Notes: generated by a model from the sequence alone, not told the origin. Numbered from the stretch's first letter, positions 1-11,849 are shown. The stretch: DNA of 64,000 bases from Gekko japonicus (GCF_001447785.1 NW_015164182.1:791525-855524), one strand, 5' to 3'. Numbers and translations are program-made.

Positions 1-1392
1 GATGCGTGTCATGAAGCGCTGTGAGCACTCGCTGGCGCAGCGGGGGGGTATTACTACTCGGCTCCACCCACGCTTCCCTTGTGGGAGGACAGTTCATCCT
101 GCCGAGATAAGAAGGCAGTGAATTCCAGGCTCACCTGGCTGGTAGGCCACCCCCTCCCCACCCAGTCCAAGACCCAAACGAGGATGTGATCACGGGCGGT
201 GTGCCAGGACACCTCGGCTACCTGTACTGGGGTCTGGCGGGAGGCGGCTGAGTGCATCTGTGTCACCCATCGCCTTACCAGGGCGGTGGACAAGTGCATA
301 TTGGTACCCGGCCAAGAAGATCGACCAGCGGAGAACCCAGGGAAACAACACCTGGGGGGTCTGGGGGTCTGGGGCGAGCAGACCCATGAGCGGTTTGTGG
401 TCTGTGACCAGTGTTCCCTCTAAGCTGAGTTAGTGTGAGCTAGCTCACAGTTTTTTAGCCTCTGGCTCACACATTTTTGTCTTAGCTCAGGAAGGAGGGC
501 TCCAGAGCAAACTAATTTATGCAGTAGCCAAATCACCTGCTCACAACTTTAATGCCGGTAGTTCAAAAAGTAGAATTTTTGCTCACAGGACTCTACAGCT
601 TAGAGGGAACATTGTCTGTGACCACAGTAAAAGGCCAGCCGTACAAGTAATCATGGAATTTCTTTATTCCAGCCACGATTGCCAGGGCCTCCTTGGCTAT
701 TTGCGCACAGTTGTGCTTGGCTGCGGATAGAGTGCGAGAGAAATACGCGACGGGAACCTGCTGCCCATCCGCCAGCCGGTGCCTCAGGACCACCCCGACC
801 CCATACGGAGAAGGGTCACAGGCTAGGACCACCAGGAGGGATTAGTCAAAGTGTGCCAGAACCGCGTTGGACGTCAGCAATTCTTTCACCACCTGGAACG
901 CGGTAGCGTGTCGGGGGGGGGGGCAGGCCCAAGGAACGTGCTTATCCAGGAGGCGATGTAGGGGTTCCGCCACCACAGCCTTGTGGGGCAGGAACGAATG
1001 ATAAAAGTTCAAAAGGCCTAGGAACGCCTGCAGTTCAGCCTTGGAGGAGGGGGTGGGCGCTTGAACGATGGCCTGAATTTTGTCCGCTGTGGGGTGGATG
1101 CTGTGTGCGTCAACTGCGAACCCCGGAAATTCTACCCTTGGCACCCCGAGCAGGCATCTCTCCCTCTTGACCTTCAGGCCAGCGTTGTTGATGCGCTTTA
1201 GGACCTCCCGCAGATGTGACATGAAGTTCTCCGTGTTGGGGGCCACTATTAGAACATCGTCAAAAAACGGCTGGACCCCGGGGATACCTTTAAGCAAACA
1301 GTCCATTAAATTCTGGAAGATCCCCGGAGCCACGCTCACCCCGAACTGTAGCCACCTGACCTTGAATGCCCCTCTATGAGTTACAATGGTCT
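1..1392 (-). mobile_element. Ty3/Gypsy LTR retrotransposon pol fragment (RT C-terminus, RNase H, start of integrase), decayed
   Basis: ORF 842-1339 has the RT motif PFFDDVL and LQAFLGLLNFY. ORF 593-832 has RNase H LACDPSPYGVG...KEALAI. Bases 1-70 read LWGSRVVIPPPLRQRVLTALHDTH (integrase Zn-binding start). Stops and frameshifts present; continues off the window. Confidence 0.93.
409..614 (+). mobile_element. hAT-type MITE (family A, ~205 bp) inserted in Gypsy RNase H
   Basis: TIRs CAGTGTTCCCTCTAAGCTG...CAGCTTAGAGGGAACATTG; perfect 8-bp TSD TCTGTGAC (401-408, 615-622). Confidence 0.92.
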
Positions 1393-3234
1393 CTCATTTT
1401 TTTATTTTTAAGAATTTCCAGTCAAGTTTACATACACATCAATTACAAATTTTCATAGACATCAATCTAAGACTTTGCTACATTAATTTTCAATCCTGAG
1501 ACTAAACTCATTTAATATCTGTTGAACATTGCCTATAGATGTTGCTGGTTGCGAGAGAAATAACAAAATATAATTGGCAAACAATGATATTTTGTATTCT
1601 TTGCCAAGAATTTTTATTCCAAATACTTCAGGATGTGCTTTTACTTTTGCCACTAGGGGTTCCATCACCAAAGCGAATAAAATTGGCTACAGTGGGCATC
1701 CCTGCCGTGTTCCACATTTTAAATTAAATTGTTCCAATATTTTACCATTAATCCTAAATTGTGCCAAAGGTTGATTGTAAACTGTGTTAATTATTCCCCA
1801 AAACCTAAATAGTACAGAGTTTGCTTTAAATAATTAAAATTAACTGAATCAAATGCTTTTTCTATATCTAGCGCAATTAGACCTGATTTCAGTTGCTTGA
1901 CCTTACAGAAATTCAATAAACTCAAAGCTTTATATGTACCATCTGTTAAATCTCTAGTGGGCATGAATCCAACCTGTTCTTGAGGGACATATTGAGTAAT
2001 AAAAGAATTTAACCTCGTTGCTATTATAGATGAAAATAGTTTAAAATCCACATTGAGTAAGGAGATGGGCCTATAGGATGTAACTATTGTGGGATCTTTT
2101 TCAGGTTTTGGTAAGATGACTATCGTTGCCTGTTTCCAAGTTGGTGGGAGACTGCCATGTTCTAAAACATAATTACTGGCTGTAGTATAAGGCTTTACCA
2201 AAAGACTTACATATTTTTTATAAAAATCAGAAGTAAATCCATCTGGGCCTGGTGCTTTATTCATTTTTAATTTTTTGATGGCCTGTACTACTTCTTTTTC
2301 TGTAATTAGAGCCTCCATTATTGCTTTATGCTCCAGGGAGAGTTTAGTTGTATTATAATTTTGTTCCAAAAAGTTTTTAATTAGATCTACATCTATGTTT
2401 TTGTCATCATAAAGATGTTTGTAATATTCCAAAAATTGTTGTGTTATACTTTCAGTAGTAAAATTTAAATTTCCCCTTTTGTCTTTTATAGCCGTGATTC
2501 TATTTGTCTCTTTCCTTTGTTTAACTCTCCTTGTTAAATATTTTAATGCTCTTGACGTATTTTGCCAAGTTTTTTGCTTTAGAAATAATAAATTCCTCTG
2601 TATTTGTGTAATATCCACAATTTCTAGTTCTCTTCTCAAGGATATTAACTTCTTATAAATTTTTTTATTTCCTGTACGTTTATGTAGTGTTTCTAAATTA
2701 GTGATTTCTGTTACTAATTGCGTTCTTTTTTTCTCCCTTTCCTTTTTTAAATATGCAGCTTTGGCTACCAATTGCCCTCGGAGGACCGGCTTAAAAGCAT
2801 CCCATATGATAGATGGACTAACATCATCTGTTATGTTTTCCTCAAAATACGTTTTAATGGCTGTTTCAATCTCTGTAGCACATTCTTGATTTTCTAAAAA
2901 ATATTTCTGCAAGACCCACGTTATCTGTTTTTTAACTCAAATGTGCATTCTACCCAATTATGATCTGACCATTGTAAAGTACCAATGGTTGAAGATTGCA
3001 CTTTAGCCAGGGATATTAAAATATAATCTATATGTATGTAAATCTTATGAACCTGCAAAAATATGTATAATCCCTTTCCCCTCTATGAAGCTGCCTCCAC
3101 ACATCTATAAGGTTATACTGTTCCAATAAATCTGCTAATGGGGATGGTTTAGAAATTGTCTTCCTTCCCCCCCCTCCCGTTTTCTACTATCATAAGATCT
3201 GTCTAAAGCAGAATTTACAATAAAATTTAGATCC
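1393..3234 (-). mobile_element. LINE-1 fragment (5'-truncated, internally deleted ORF2: EN C-terminus to RT, then A-rich tail) nested in Gypsy RT
   Basis: GDLN...LDRS and SDH endonuclease motifs near 3230-2960. ORF 1791-2912 has KAPGPDGF, SYRPISLLNVD and LDIEKAFD. ORF 1483-1671 has KISLFA. A-rich tail at ~1397-1410. Flanked by a 106-bp duplication of Gypsy sequence. Confidence 0.92.
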
Positions 3235-5290
3235 CCTTTAAGCAAACAATCCATTAAATTCTGGAAGATCCCTGGAGCCACGCTCACCCTGAACTGTAGC
3301 CGCCTGACCTTGAATGCCCCTCTATGAGTTACAATGGTCTGAGCTTCCGCGGTTGCATCGTCTACTGGCAACTGCTGATAGGCCTGTGCCAAATCTAACT
3401 TGCCGAAGATTTTCGTGCCAGCCAGTAATGCGAGGACATGGCTGACAATGAAGACCGGATATGCATGATCCTGAAGGACTTTATTAATTGTACACTTATA
3501 GTCCGTGCATATCCAGACATCCCTGTTAGGTTTAATTGCCGTGACGATGGGAGTCTCCCATCTGGCATTCGACACAGGCTCCAACACCCCCTGCTCCACC
3601 AGTCGGTCTAGTTCAACGTCTATTTTGGGCCATAGTGTGAATGGGGCACGGCGGGCTTTCATGCGAATGGGCCGCACCGCGGGGTCGAGGTCAAGGGAAA
3701 CTGAAGGACCCATGTAGTAGCCAAGCGTACCGTCAAATATGGCCGGGAATTTGTCACAAACACTGTTAAAGTCCTATAGCCGTACCTGGTTTACCCCAGT
3801 AACCCCAAACCCCAGGGGCCTGAACCAGGCAAATCCCAGGAGACTGATGAGCCTGCCTTCCACAACCAACAAATCCAGTACTCTGTCAAAATCCTTGTAC
3901 TGGACTCTGAATTTGCCCCACCCCTTGATGGCTACCGGCAGGGCTATTTTTGGGCAGGAACGCACAGGAACGGAGTTCCAGCTGGCTCCCAAGTTGGCCA
4001 CACCCAACAGGAACTCATTAGCATAACAGGCCACACCCAGCAGTAGAAACTCATTAGAATTGGCTACATTGGGGGTGTGTGGCCTAACATGCAAAGGAGT
4101 TCCTGCAACAAAAAAAGCCCTGGGTGTTGACAACAAACAAGGTAAATAGAATAAGAAGCAAAAGATGGGTGTGGCTGGATGACCACGCTTCTGGTAACAT
4201 GGGAATGTGGCCTAATATGCTAATGAGTGGTGCAATCAGGGGTGTGGCCTAATATTCTAAAGAGTTTCTGCTGCTGGGTGTGGCCTATTATGCTAATGAG
4301 TTCCTGCTGGACTTTTTCTACAAAAAAAGCCCTGGCTACCGGGTTCTTCTGGAAGGCCCTTAACGTTAAGCCACCTGGTTTCTATAGGAGGGGCCCCCCA
4401 TGGGGGCAGAGCCTCCTAAGAGTCTCTGCCGAAATGATTGAGAAGGAGGAACCAGTGTCCAGCTCCATCTCTCATGGGGACCCCTCAATGCAGACAGTGA
4501 CACATATTTTGTTGGGGGCATCCCGGGGCAAATTCAGTACCTTATGCTCCTGGTTGGCGATCATTGTGTGGAGGTCTGTTGCTTCTTGTTGATGTGCCAG
4601 TGTCTGCCGTTGTGCTCCTCGGGACCGACAGACTCGTGCTAGATGGCCGGTTTTCCCACAGGTCCTGAAGATCGCATCGCAGAACCGGCATGACCGATGC
4701 TTGTGGTCTTCCCCGCAGCTGGCACATTTTGCTTGGGTGTATGATTTGATGGTCACTTGAGCAGTTGATCATGCTGGCGGAGCCGTTACCATAGGGGTGC
4801 GTGAGCTGCGATGGGCTGGACGCCGTAGTTGCAGGACCTCGGCGTCTTCTGAGATTTCCGAGGTAGCAGACGAGGCAGCTAGGTGGACTGAAGACGGCGG
4901 ACGGTCCCAGTGAGACCTCTCAAATGCGGTGGCCACATGGAGTGCTCTCTCTAGTTTTAGGTCGACTGTCCTGATCAGTTTGCGGCGGAGCTTGTGGTCT
5001 CGGACGCCGCAGACGAATTGTGTGAGGATGATGTCCTCCACGTCCTAAAACTCGCAGTCGATTGCAAGTTGGCGAAGCTCGGCCATGTAGACGGTGGCCA
5101 CTTCTCCCAGCTTTTGGGTGTGCGCTAGCAAATCTATGCGCTTGGCCATCTTGGTCGGTTTCGGCGCGAAGTAGCCAGTGAGGGCCTTGATGATATCATC
5201 ATACGTGGTCTCGGCCCTGGGCCGAGGCGAAGGGTGGCCACCCCACACGTTCGCATGGCTATGTGAGGACCCGACTGCGTGCGTGATCTA
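3235..5290 (-). mobile_element. Ty3/Gypsy gag-protease-RT N-terminus, decayed (same element as 1-1392)
   Basis: RT ORF 3135-3713 (KLDLAQAYQQL); protease MELDTGSSFSII at ~4440-4470; zinc knuckle TCGKTGHLARVC in 4472-4756; gag ORFs 4769-5248. No LTR recognised. Confidence 0.9.
3939..4334. mobile_element. hAT-type MITE (family B, 396 bp) inserted in Gypsy protease/RT linker
   Basis: TIRs CAGGGCTATTTT / AAAAAAAGCCCTG; perfect 8-bp TSD GCTACCGG (3931-3938, 4335-4342); internal GGTGTGGCCTAATATGCTAATGAG repeats. Confidence 0.88.
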
Positions 5291-5354
5291 TGTAAGAACA
5301 CAACAAACCTTAGGGTTGACTCCTTGCCTCAGTACTCACTACGTTTGGGCCTTC

Positions 5355-5484
5355 ACATATTTTTGTCTTAGCTCAGGAAGGATGGCTCCAGAGCAAACTA
5401 ATTTATGCAGTAGCCAAATTGCTCACTCACAACTTTAAATCCAGTAGCTCACAAAGTAGAATTTTTGCTCACAGCTTAGAGGGA
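5355..5484 (+). mobile_element. Partial copy of MITE family A
   Basis: Matches the internal and 3' part of 409-614 (ATTTTTGTCTTAGCTCAGGAAGG...GCTTAGAGGGA). Confidence 0.8.
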
Positions 5485-5555
5485 GCTTTGGTCCTGATTC
5501 AAAGCTCCCATGGAGTAGATGTGGCCCTTTAGCTCTGAGGTCTTGGGGTGAGGGA

Positions 5556-5752
5556 TAGGGTTGCCAGTCTCCAGGTGTCGGCTGAAGATCTCCCAGAATT
5601 ACAACTGGTCTCCAGACAACAGAGATCAGTTCCCCTAAGGAAATGGCTGCTTGGGAAGGTGGACCATACGGCACTATACCCTGCTGAGCTCCCCCCTCCC
5701 AAGGTTCTACCCCAAATCTCCAGGGGTTTTCCAGCCTAAAGCTGGCTACTCT
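5556..5752. mobile_element. TAGGGTTGCCA-ended MITE family (representative copy; others at ~6600-6872, 10140-10395, 15190-15545, 15970-16138, 16627-16841, 17530-18330, 22029-22260, 23300-23492, 24835-25053, 31050-31200, 31740-31845)
   Basis: Recurring termini TAGGGTTGCCA / TGGCAACCCTA with the shared internal motif GAGATCAGTTCCCCTGGAG..AAATGGCTGC. Confidence 0.8.
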
Positions 5753-5898
5753 AGAAGGGATGAGAATCAAAGCATCTCAGGCTTCTTTCCTGAGCACCAC
5801 GTCCCTCTTCATTGTTCTGAGATGCTCAGTGGGCATAAGCAGGCTGTGCTCCCTGATCTCCCAGCTGATAATCTCTGCACCCTTTCAGGCCCAACCCC

Positions 5899-6100
5899 AC
5901 ATGAACACACACGAAGCTGCCTTATCCTGAATCAGACCATCAGTACATCAAGATCAGTACTGTCTATTTTCCAGCGGCTCTCCAGGGCTTCAGGAAGAGG
6001 TCTTTCACATCACCTATTGCCTGGTTCTTTCCACTGAAGATGCTGGGGAATTGAACCCGGGACCTTCTGATTGCCAAGCAGAGGCTCTTCCACTGAGCTT
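5899..6100 (-). mobile_element. tRNA-derived SINE
   Basis: Minus strand AGCTCAGTGG (A box) ... GGTTCAATTCCC (B box) followed by a non-tRNA body; a related copy lies at ~40135-40345. Confidence 0.75.
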
Positions 6101-7631
6101 TACCCCCTCCGAATTCCACTGTTTGAGTCTGTCATCCTTGCCATTCAGTCGTACAGCACATTTTCTGGGTCCATTAAAAGTACTGAAAGCAAAGTGGGGA
6201 TGCCGTTTTCTTGTGGACGCTATGTCTGTGCTTCCTCTTCACTGTGCTCCTTCCTCTTCCCTGGCTGGGCTCCAAACTTGCTCAGTTGGAAACAGAAGTT
6301 CTTGCTCATCCATATAGTGTTTGCAGGTTGCTGGGGTTATTACAGAATATCCTGGACCTGGTGGATATTGGCCTGATCGAGAGGCATTTCAGGATTGCAG
6401 ACTAAGAATCACAACACAAAAATTAATTACACCTTCAGGGCCCCTTTCAGTGTCACCCTAGCTACACAGGAGCAGCTTGTCTATGAGTGGCTCCACGTAT
6501 CTGGGTAGCATAGAAAGACCCAATTGGACCACATGGATCTTTGCCATGAGATCAGAATCCTTCCCCAGCACTATCATTGTGACCAGTATGATTCACTACT
6601 AAGGTCGCTATTTCTGGAATGGGAACTACTGGAGATTTGCCGGTGGAGACTGGAGAGGGACCTCGGCAGGGATGTGATGTCATAGAGTACACCCATCAAA
6701 GCAGCCATTTCCTCCAGGGGAACTGATCTCTGTAGCCTGGAGACCACTTGCAATTCTGGGAGATCTTCAGGCCTAACCTGGAGTCTAAATCTGAGAGATC
6801 ACGGGAGGAAGTGGAATTCCAAAAGCAACATCTGTTGCTTTTGGAATTCCTAACCTGGAGTCTGGCAACCCTACCTACCACCAGACATATGGCTGGGTTG
6901 TTTAAACATTAGCCAAGCTACACAAGCATCCTCCATGATACAGCATCTCCTGTGTGGCTCAGATAATGTCCCAGAACCCCTGGGATCTTTTCCATTGTAA
7001 ACTGAACACACTCTTGTGGACAGCGGGGATTCTTGTAGAAAAGAATACAATAGGCTACATCTAAGTACCAGTAACACTTGCCTCCTACTTACACCCTCAT
7101 GGAGAAGTTCCCTCCTCCCAGATCATGCCGTTTTAGAAAAGGCACTAGATGCACGTACCTTGCAAAACACAGGGATGGGGTGGGAATGCAGTTGTAAACC
7201 TGCCCTTTTGCTAGTCCATCTATCAATTCCGAATCCTAATGTGAGCAATTTCTCTGCTTTTTGCACAAGCATCCTTTCTAGCAGCAGATGGGTGGGAAAG
7301 TGTTCTAAGAGGCACATATGAATTTGGCCAAAGAGGGCAAGCTGATGAGTACCTGGCTCAGATTTCACCAACTCACTTGGTGGTCTGAGGTAAACTTCAG
7401 CCTCTTACATACAATATGGAGATAGTAGGACTGGCCAGTCTTGCTGTATAGTTGTACGGCACCAAGAGGATGCAGGGAAAAGCTTTGACCATGTCAATGT
7501 ACAAGTCATATTAGAACTGCATCTTCCATTAGTACATCTATCGATTATTCCAGCCAAGCTGAGATCTCCTTGGATGGGGTGAGCTCTGAAGATCCTGGGT
7601 TCTAATCCCACAAGAGCCAGCCCAACGTTGT

Positions 7632-7649
7632 TTAATGTGACTCCCACAT
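7632..7649 (-). CDS. Candidate terminal coding exon of the unannotated minus-strand gene (MWESH*); an alternative terminal exon is 6918-7031
   Basis: Acceptor tctgcag, phase 0, then TAA; weak pyrimidine tract. The alternative 7031-6918 has a stronger tract and reads NPRCPQ...WRMLV*. The 3' end is ambiguous. Confidence 0.2.
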   Translation of the reverse strand: MWESH

Positions 7650-8010
7650 CTGCAGATTCAACATGCTCACACTGAATGCTTGCCTTCTCTTTCTTTGCAA
7701 ATCACTGGTGGAATGGCATCCTCCCCGCCCCCACCCCCCATGACACATGGGGCTATAAGTAAATCTCAACAGGAGTCTTGCGGGACCTGAACGATGAACA
7801 ACTTTTCATTCTAGCACAAGCTTTCATGGAACTGAGCCCACTTCAACAGAATTTGGCGCCTAACCTGTAATCTCCTGAGCCAGGATCAGTAGCATGGATT
7901 AAGCTTGGAAAGCGGTTGTTTGGAGTCCCAGAGAGTGAGAGAGGAATTAGTCATTTGGGGGGGAGGGAGGGACTGGTAAGATTCCCACGCTGTGAATATC
8001 GGGAGATTAC

Positions 8011-8076
8011 CTGCAGTCTGCATTTCACAGGGACAGCAGAAAAGGTGTGAGGCACTATAGAGCCAAGGAGGAAGTT
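8011..8076 (-). CDS. Candidate coding exon 4 of the unannotated minus-strand gene
   Basis: Acceptor tgtatttcccccctag, donor CAG|gtaatc, 66 nt, open in phase 0 (NFLLGSIVPHTFSAVPVKCRLQ). Confidence 0.4.
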
Positions 8077-8385
8077 CTAGGGGGGAAATACAGACAATTC
8101 TTTGAGATGAAATTATCACGGTTCCAAGACAATAACAAAGACACTTCACCCCTTTTTCCCCCTAAGGTTCCCTACTGAGCTCCCATGCCCCTTCCCATTT
8201 TAATAACAAGTTAAGTGCTATTGACTTATGGTGATCCCCATGAGGTTTTCAGGGCAGGAGATGAACAAAGGCGATGGCTTTTATCTGCGCAGCAACCCCT
8301 TTGTGGTCTCCCTTCCAGGTACTAACCATGCTTAGCTTCAAAGATCTGGAGAGACTGGGCTAGTCGGGAATATTCAGGCCATTCC

Positions 8386-9030
8386 GGTGGTGGACTTGTG
8401 AAAAAGCAAAAAAAAAAAATTGGAGTGAGATTCATGCAGAGATGGAAAAAATTGTGAAATGTAAATTCAAGAAAGAACCAGAAATATTACTTTTGGGACT
8501 AAAAATGGAAGAGGTCAATGTGGCGAAAAGGACATTGATGTGGTATATGATAACAACAGCCAGAATGACCTATGCTCAATGTTGGAAACAAGATGAAGTC
8601 CCGAGAGTTGAGGATTGGATCAAAAAGTTATTGTTTTCAGTTGAAATGGATAAGATGACTTGAAAACTTAATAACATGGAAGCAGAAGATTTCTATAAAG
8701 ACTGGAGAGATTTAAAAGATTATCTGGAAAAATATTGGGATGTAAGAGACAATTTATTTTGCTTTAATAACTATTGAATATTGACTTTTAGTATCATGAA
8801 AGAAAAGAGATATCATTGTAATAGTAGAATAATAGTTACCTAGTGAACTTGTAATGAGGAAACGGATGGAGGAGAAAAGGTTAAGCAATATACGGGGGGC
8901 GTAGCACTGTGGGAAGCCATGTAGGGGGGGGGAAGGGAGGTGGGTAGGATGTTTAACGGGTTTAAATGTAAAACTAAATGTTGACTTTGATTGATTATAT
9001 CCTGAATAAAAATTTTGTTTTTTTAAAAAA
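8386..9030 (+). mobile_element. LINE-1 3' end (5'-truncated insertion)
   Basis: ORF 8442-8663 resembles the L1 ORF2 C-terminus (ARMTYAQCWK); AATAAA and A-rich tail at ~9005-9030; 19-bp TSD GGAATATTCAGGCCATTCC (8367-8385, 9031-9049). Confidence 0.9.
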
Positions 9031-9296
9031 GGAATATTCAGGCCATTCCTCCCATTTTACACTGCTGAAAGTTCTTTTCCACTTCTTCTCCCTTTAAATA
9101 AATGACTAAATTAGTCACTGTATCTCTCTGCTGTAGCCCACAAGTGAAGTATAGAAGTGTGCAGAAGTGCCTTTGTGCTACCCAAGTGTTCAGCATCCAC
9201 CACCGAGCAGGGTCAATCCCACCACCACTGACAGTCTTAGCAACAGGACAACCAAGGCAGCTGCCCCAGGCCCCACACTGTGGGGGAAGAGGTGAC

Positions 9297-9630
9297 CAGT
9301 GTTTCCTCTAAGCTGAGTTAGTGTGAGCTAGCTCACAGTTTTTTAGCCTCCGGCTCACACATTTTTGTCTTAGCTCAGGAAGGATGGCACCAGAGCAAAC
9401 TAATTTATGCAGTAGCCAAATCGCTCACTCACAACTTTAATGCCAGTAGCTTGTGAACAAAAATTCTACTTTGTGAGCAACTGGCATTAAAGTTGTGAGT
9501 GAGCAATTTGGCTACTGCATAAATTAGTTTGCTCTGGATCCATCCTTCCTGAGCTAAGACAAAAATGTGTGAGCCGGAAGCTAAAAAACTGTGAGCTAGC
9601 TCACACTAACTCAGCTTAGGGAGAACACTG
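9297..9630. repeat. Palindromic head-to-head dimer of MITE family A (~150-bp stem)
   Basis: Both ends are the same (left-type) end of family A, in opposite orientation; the arms are near-perfect reverse complements; no 8-bp TSD. Confidence 0.9.
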
Positions 9631-9642
9631 GTCCACACCCAC

Positions 9643-9789
9643 TCCGACAGGATCCTTTACTGGGGCTTGGACTGGGTCCTGCTTTCGTTGGTGCTCTGCA
9701 AAGTCATACAAGGGCCTTCTGTCTTGGAATGCTGGTTCTTCTGGCCTCTCTAGTAAGACTGACTTCTTCTTTGTGTACTCATATTTGGT
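9643..9789 (-). CDS. Candidate coding exon 3 of the unannotated minus-strand gene
   Basis: Tandem acceptor cagtag|; open phase-0 frame TKYEYTKKKSVLLERPEEPAFQDRRPLYDFAEHQRKQDPVQAP(VKDPVG); two phase-0 donors, CCA|gtaaag (9661) and GGA|gtgggt (9643). Confidence 0.45.
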
Positions 9790-10649
9790 CTACTGATTGT
9801 GACACCAAGGAAGATACATAACTTATTAAGTCCCACTCAACCCCTTGTGCTGATAAATAATGATTTTTCTAAATTGGGCAATGCAAAAAAAGGGAAGTGA
9901 GTCACCCTCCTTGTCCCTCATACCTGGGGTCATAAAGCTGAGTCAGCTTGCATTTAATCCAGGTGAAAGTTGAAGGAAGGCAATCTTTAGGAAGGGAAAG
10001 TCAGAAGGGCCACTGCCCAGAACAGGCTAATTGTGTTTCGCCTTGCGACATCCCCAACTCAGGGGTTTCGAAAAAAGAGAGTAATATACAAGGGGTGGCC
10101 TGAGGCATTCTGACAGAAAACTGGTGCTTGGGAAGCACAATCTGGCAAGGCAGTTATCCTGCCTCCTTCCAGGTAGGGCGAGCCAAAGGGAGAGATCATG
10201 GGATGGAGGTAAAAGGCCTGGAGATCTCCCCTTGTTAGTTTATCTCCAGGTAACAGTTCACCTGGAGGAAATGGCTGCTTTGGAGGGTGAACTCTGTGGC
10301 ACTGCTGAGGTTCCCCCCCCCCAAACCCTGTTATCCCCAAGTTCCATCTCCAAGATTTCCAGGTCTCCCCCCCCAACCCCCGAGCTGGCAACCCTTTGCA
10401 ATGCTAAGGAGACTGAAACATAAGAACAGCTCAGCTGGATCAGGGAGTGGCCCATCTAGTCTGGTGTCCCACTTCCCACAGGGCCCCTCCTAGTTTTCAC
10501 TGGGAAATCCCTGGATGTTTGGGGGCACAGCCCACATAGGGTGGGGTTTGAGGAGTGGAGGAACCTCAGTGGTATATAATACCCTCCAAATGTTTTACTT
10601 AGAGCTAAGAGCAGGGTGGAATTGTGTGCAAGGAAATCTCTCTTTGAAA

Positions 10650-10937
10650 AACGTACTGGTCCCTCCTCATATGGCCCTATATGGTGAGGGGCCTAAATAC
10701 CTGAGGGACCGCCTTTCCCCACATGTTCCCCAGAGAGCACTGCATTCAGGGTTCCAAAACTGTCCAGCCCCTCGGGATCCCAAAGATGCCAGGCTGGCTT
10801 CGACCAGGGCCAGGGCCTTCTCAGTGGCGGCTCCGTGCTGGTGGAATGAGCTCCTGGAAGGCACCAGGGCCCTACGGCACCTTTTACAGTTTTGCAGGGC
10901 CTGCAAGAAGGAGCTCTTCCACCAGGCATTTGATTAA
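10650..10937 (+). mobile_element. L2-clade LINE 3' fragment
   Basis: Translation RARAFSVAAPCWWNELL...FCRACKKELFHQAF is typical of an L2 ORF2 C-terminus. Confidence 0.8.
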
Positions 10938-10949
10938 GGAGCCGCACCA

Positions 10950-11849
10950 TCAAGCATCACATGGGCAATGGACTACACGCCTCTATCCTTTTCTATTAAA
11001 AGGATTATCATGAAATACTGGCCACTCCTTGGAGACACTGAAGGCTGTCAATTTTGGCCTAAAATAGGATATAGAAGAACTAAATCTCTTAAGGATATCA
11101 TAGTCAGATCAGACATAAGGGGAGAAATGCAAGGTAGAACACAACCTAGAGAACATAGATACTGTTTGAAATACAAAGCTTGTAAGACAATGTGGGAAAG
11201 TAACAAATATATTTAAAGGGCACAACTGTTTATAGCAATGCGAGTTCTACTTGTGATAGTGCCTTTGTGGTGTATTTTATCCAATGTGATTGCTTAAAGT
11301 TATACATTGGAAGTATAACCAGACCTCTGAACCTAAGAATTATGGAACATATTACAAGGAACAAACGAGGGAAGCACCACTGACAGCAGGGGAGAAATGC
11401 AAGGTAGAACACAACCTAAAGGACATAGACGCTATTTGAAATGCAAAGTTTGTAAGACAATGTGGGAAAGTGACAAATACATTTTAAAAGGCACAACTGT
11501 TTATAGCAATGTGAGTTCTACTTGTGATAGTGCCTTTGTAGTGGATTTTATCCAATGTGACTGTTCAAAGTTATACACTGGAAGTACCACCAGACCTCTG
11601 AAACTAAGAATTATGGAACATATTACAAGGAACAAACAATGAACGAGGGAAGCACCACTCACAGAGCATTTTGCTTCTAGCAACCACAAGGAAGATCAGT
11701 TTAGATGTGGTGTGCTCTTTGTGGCAGACTCAAAATGCCCATTGGCTACAAAAGAGTTGCTTCGTCAGGAACACAGGTGGATTTTTAAATTAAATACCTT
11801 GATCCCTAATGGTTTGAACACTGAATTTGATTTAAGTTGTTTCCTATAA
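10950..11849 (+). mobile_element. Penelope-like element 3' fragment (GIY-YIG endonuclease) with an internal ~270-bp tandem duplication
   Basis: YRRTKSLKDIIVRS; CDSAFVVDFIQCDCSKLYTGSTTRPLKLRIMEH (GIY-YIG-like); ends LNTLIPNGLN...; duplicated units ~11118-11385 and ~11388-11663. Confidence 0.85.

Noticed and set aside
3985-4310. Spaced short repeats resembling a CRISPR array
   Set aside because: Internal subrepeats of a TSD-bounded hAT MITE in a vertebrate genome; no cas genes.
5899-6100. tRNA-like and 5S-like sequences (also 56094-56290) as real RNA genes
   Set aside because: Degenerate, fused to SINE bodies and lacking complete structure.
6341-6402. EMPLDQ peptide reminiscent of the DCDC2B C-terminus
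   Set aside because: Only a few residues match and no doublecortin-domain exons were found in the window.
7093-7305. Extra minus-strand exon candidates (EHFPTHLLLERM..., YVHLVPFLKRH...) and a faint lipocalin resemblance
   Set aside because: They could not be joined in phase without stops or a 61-nt intron, and the similarity is too weak.
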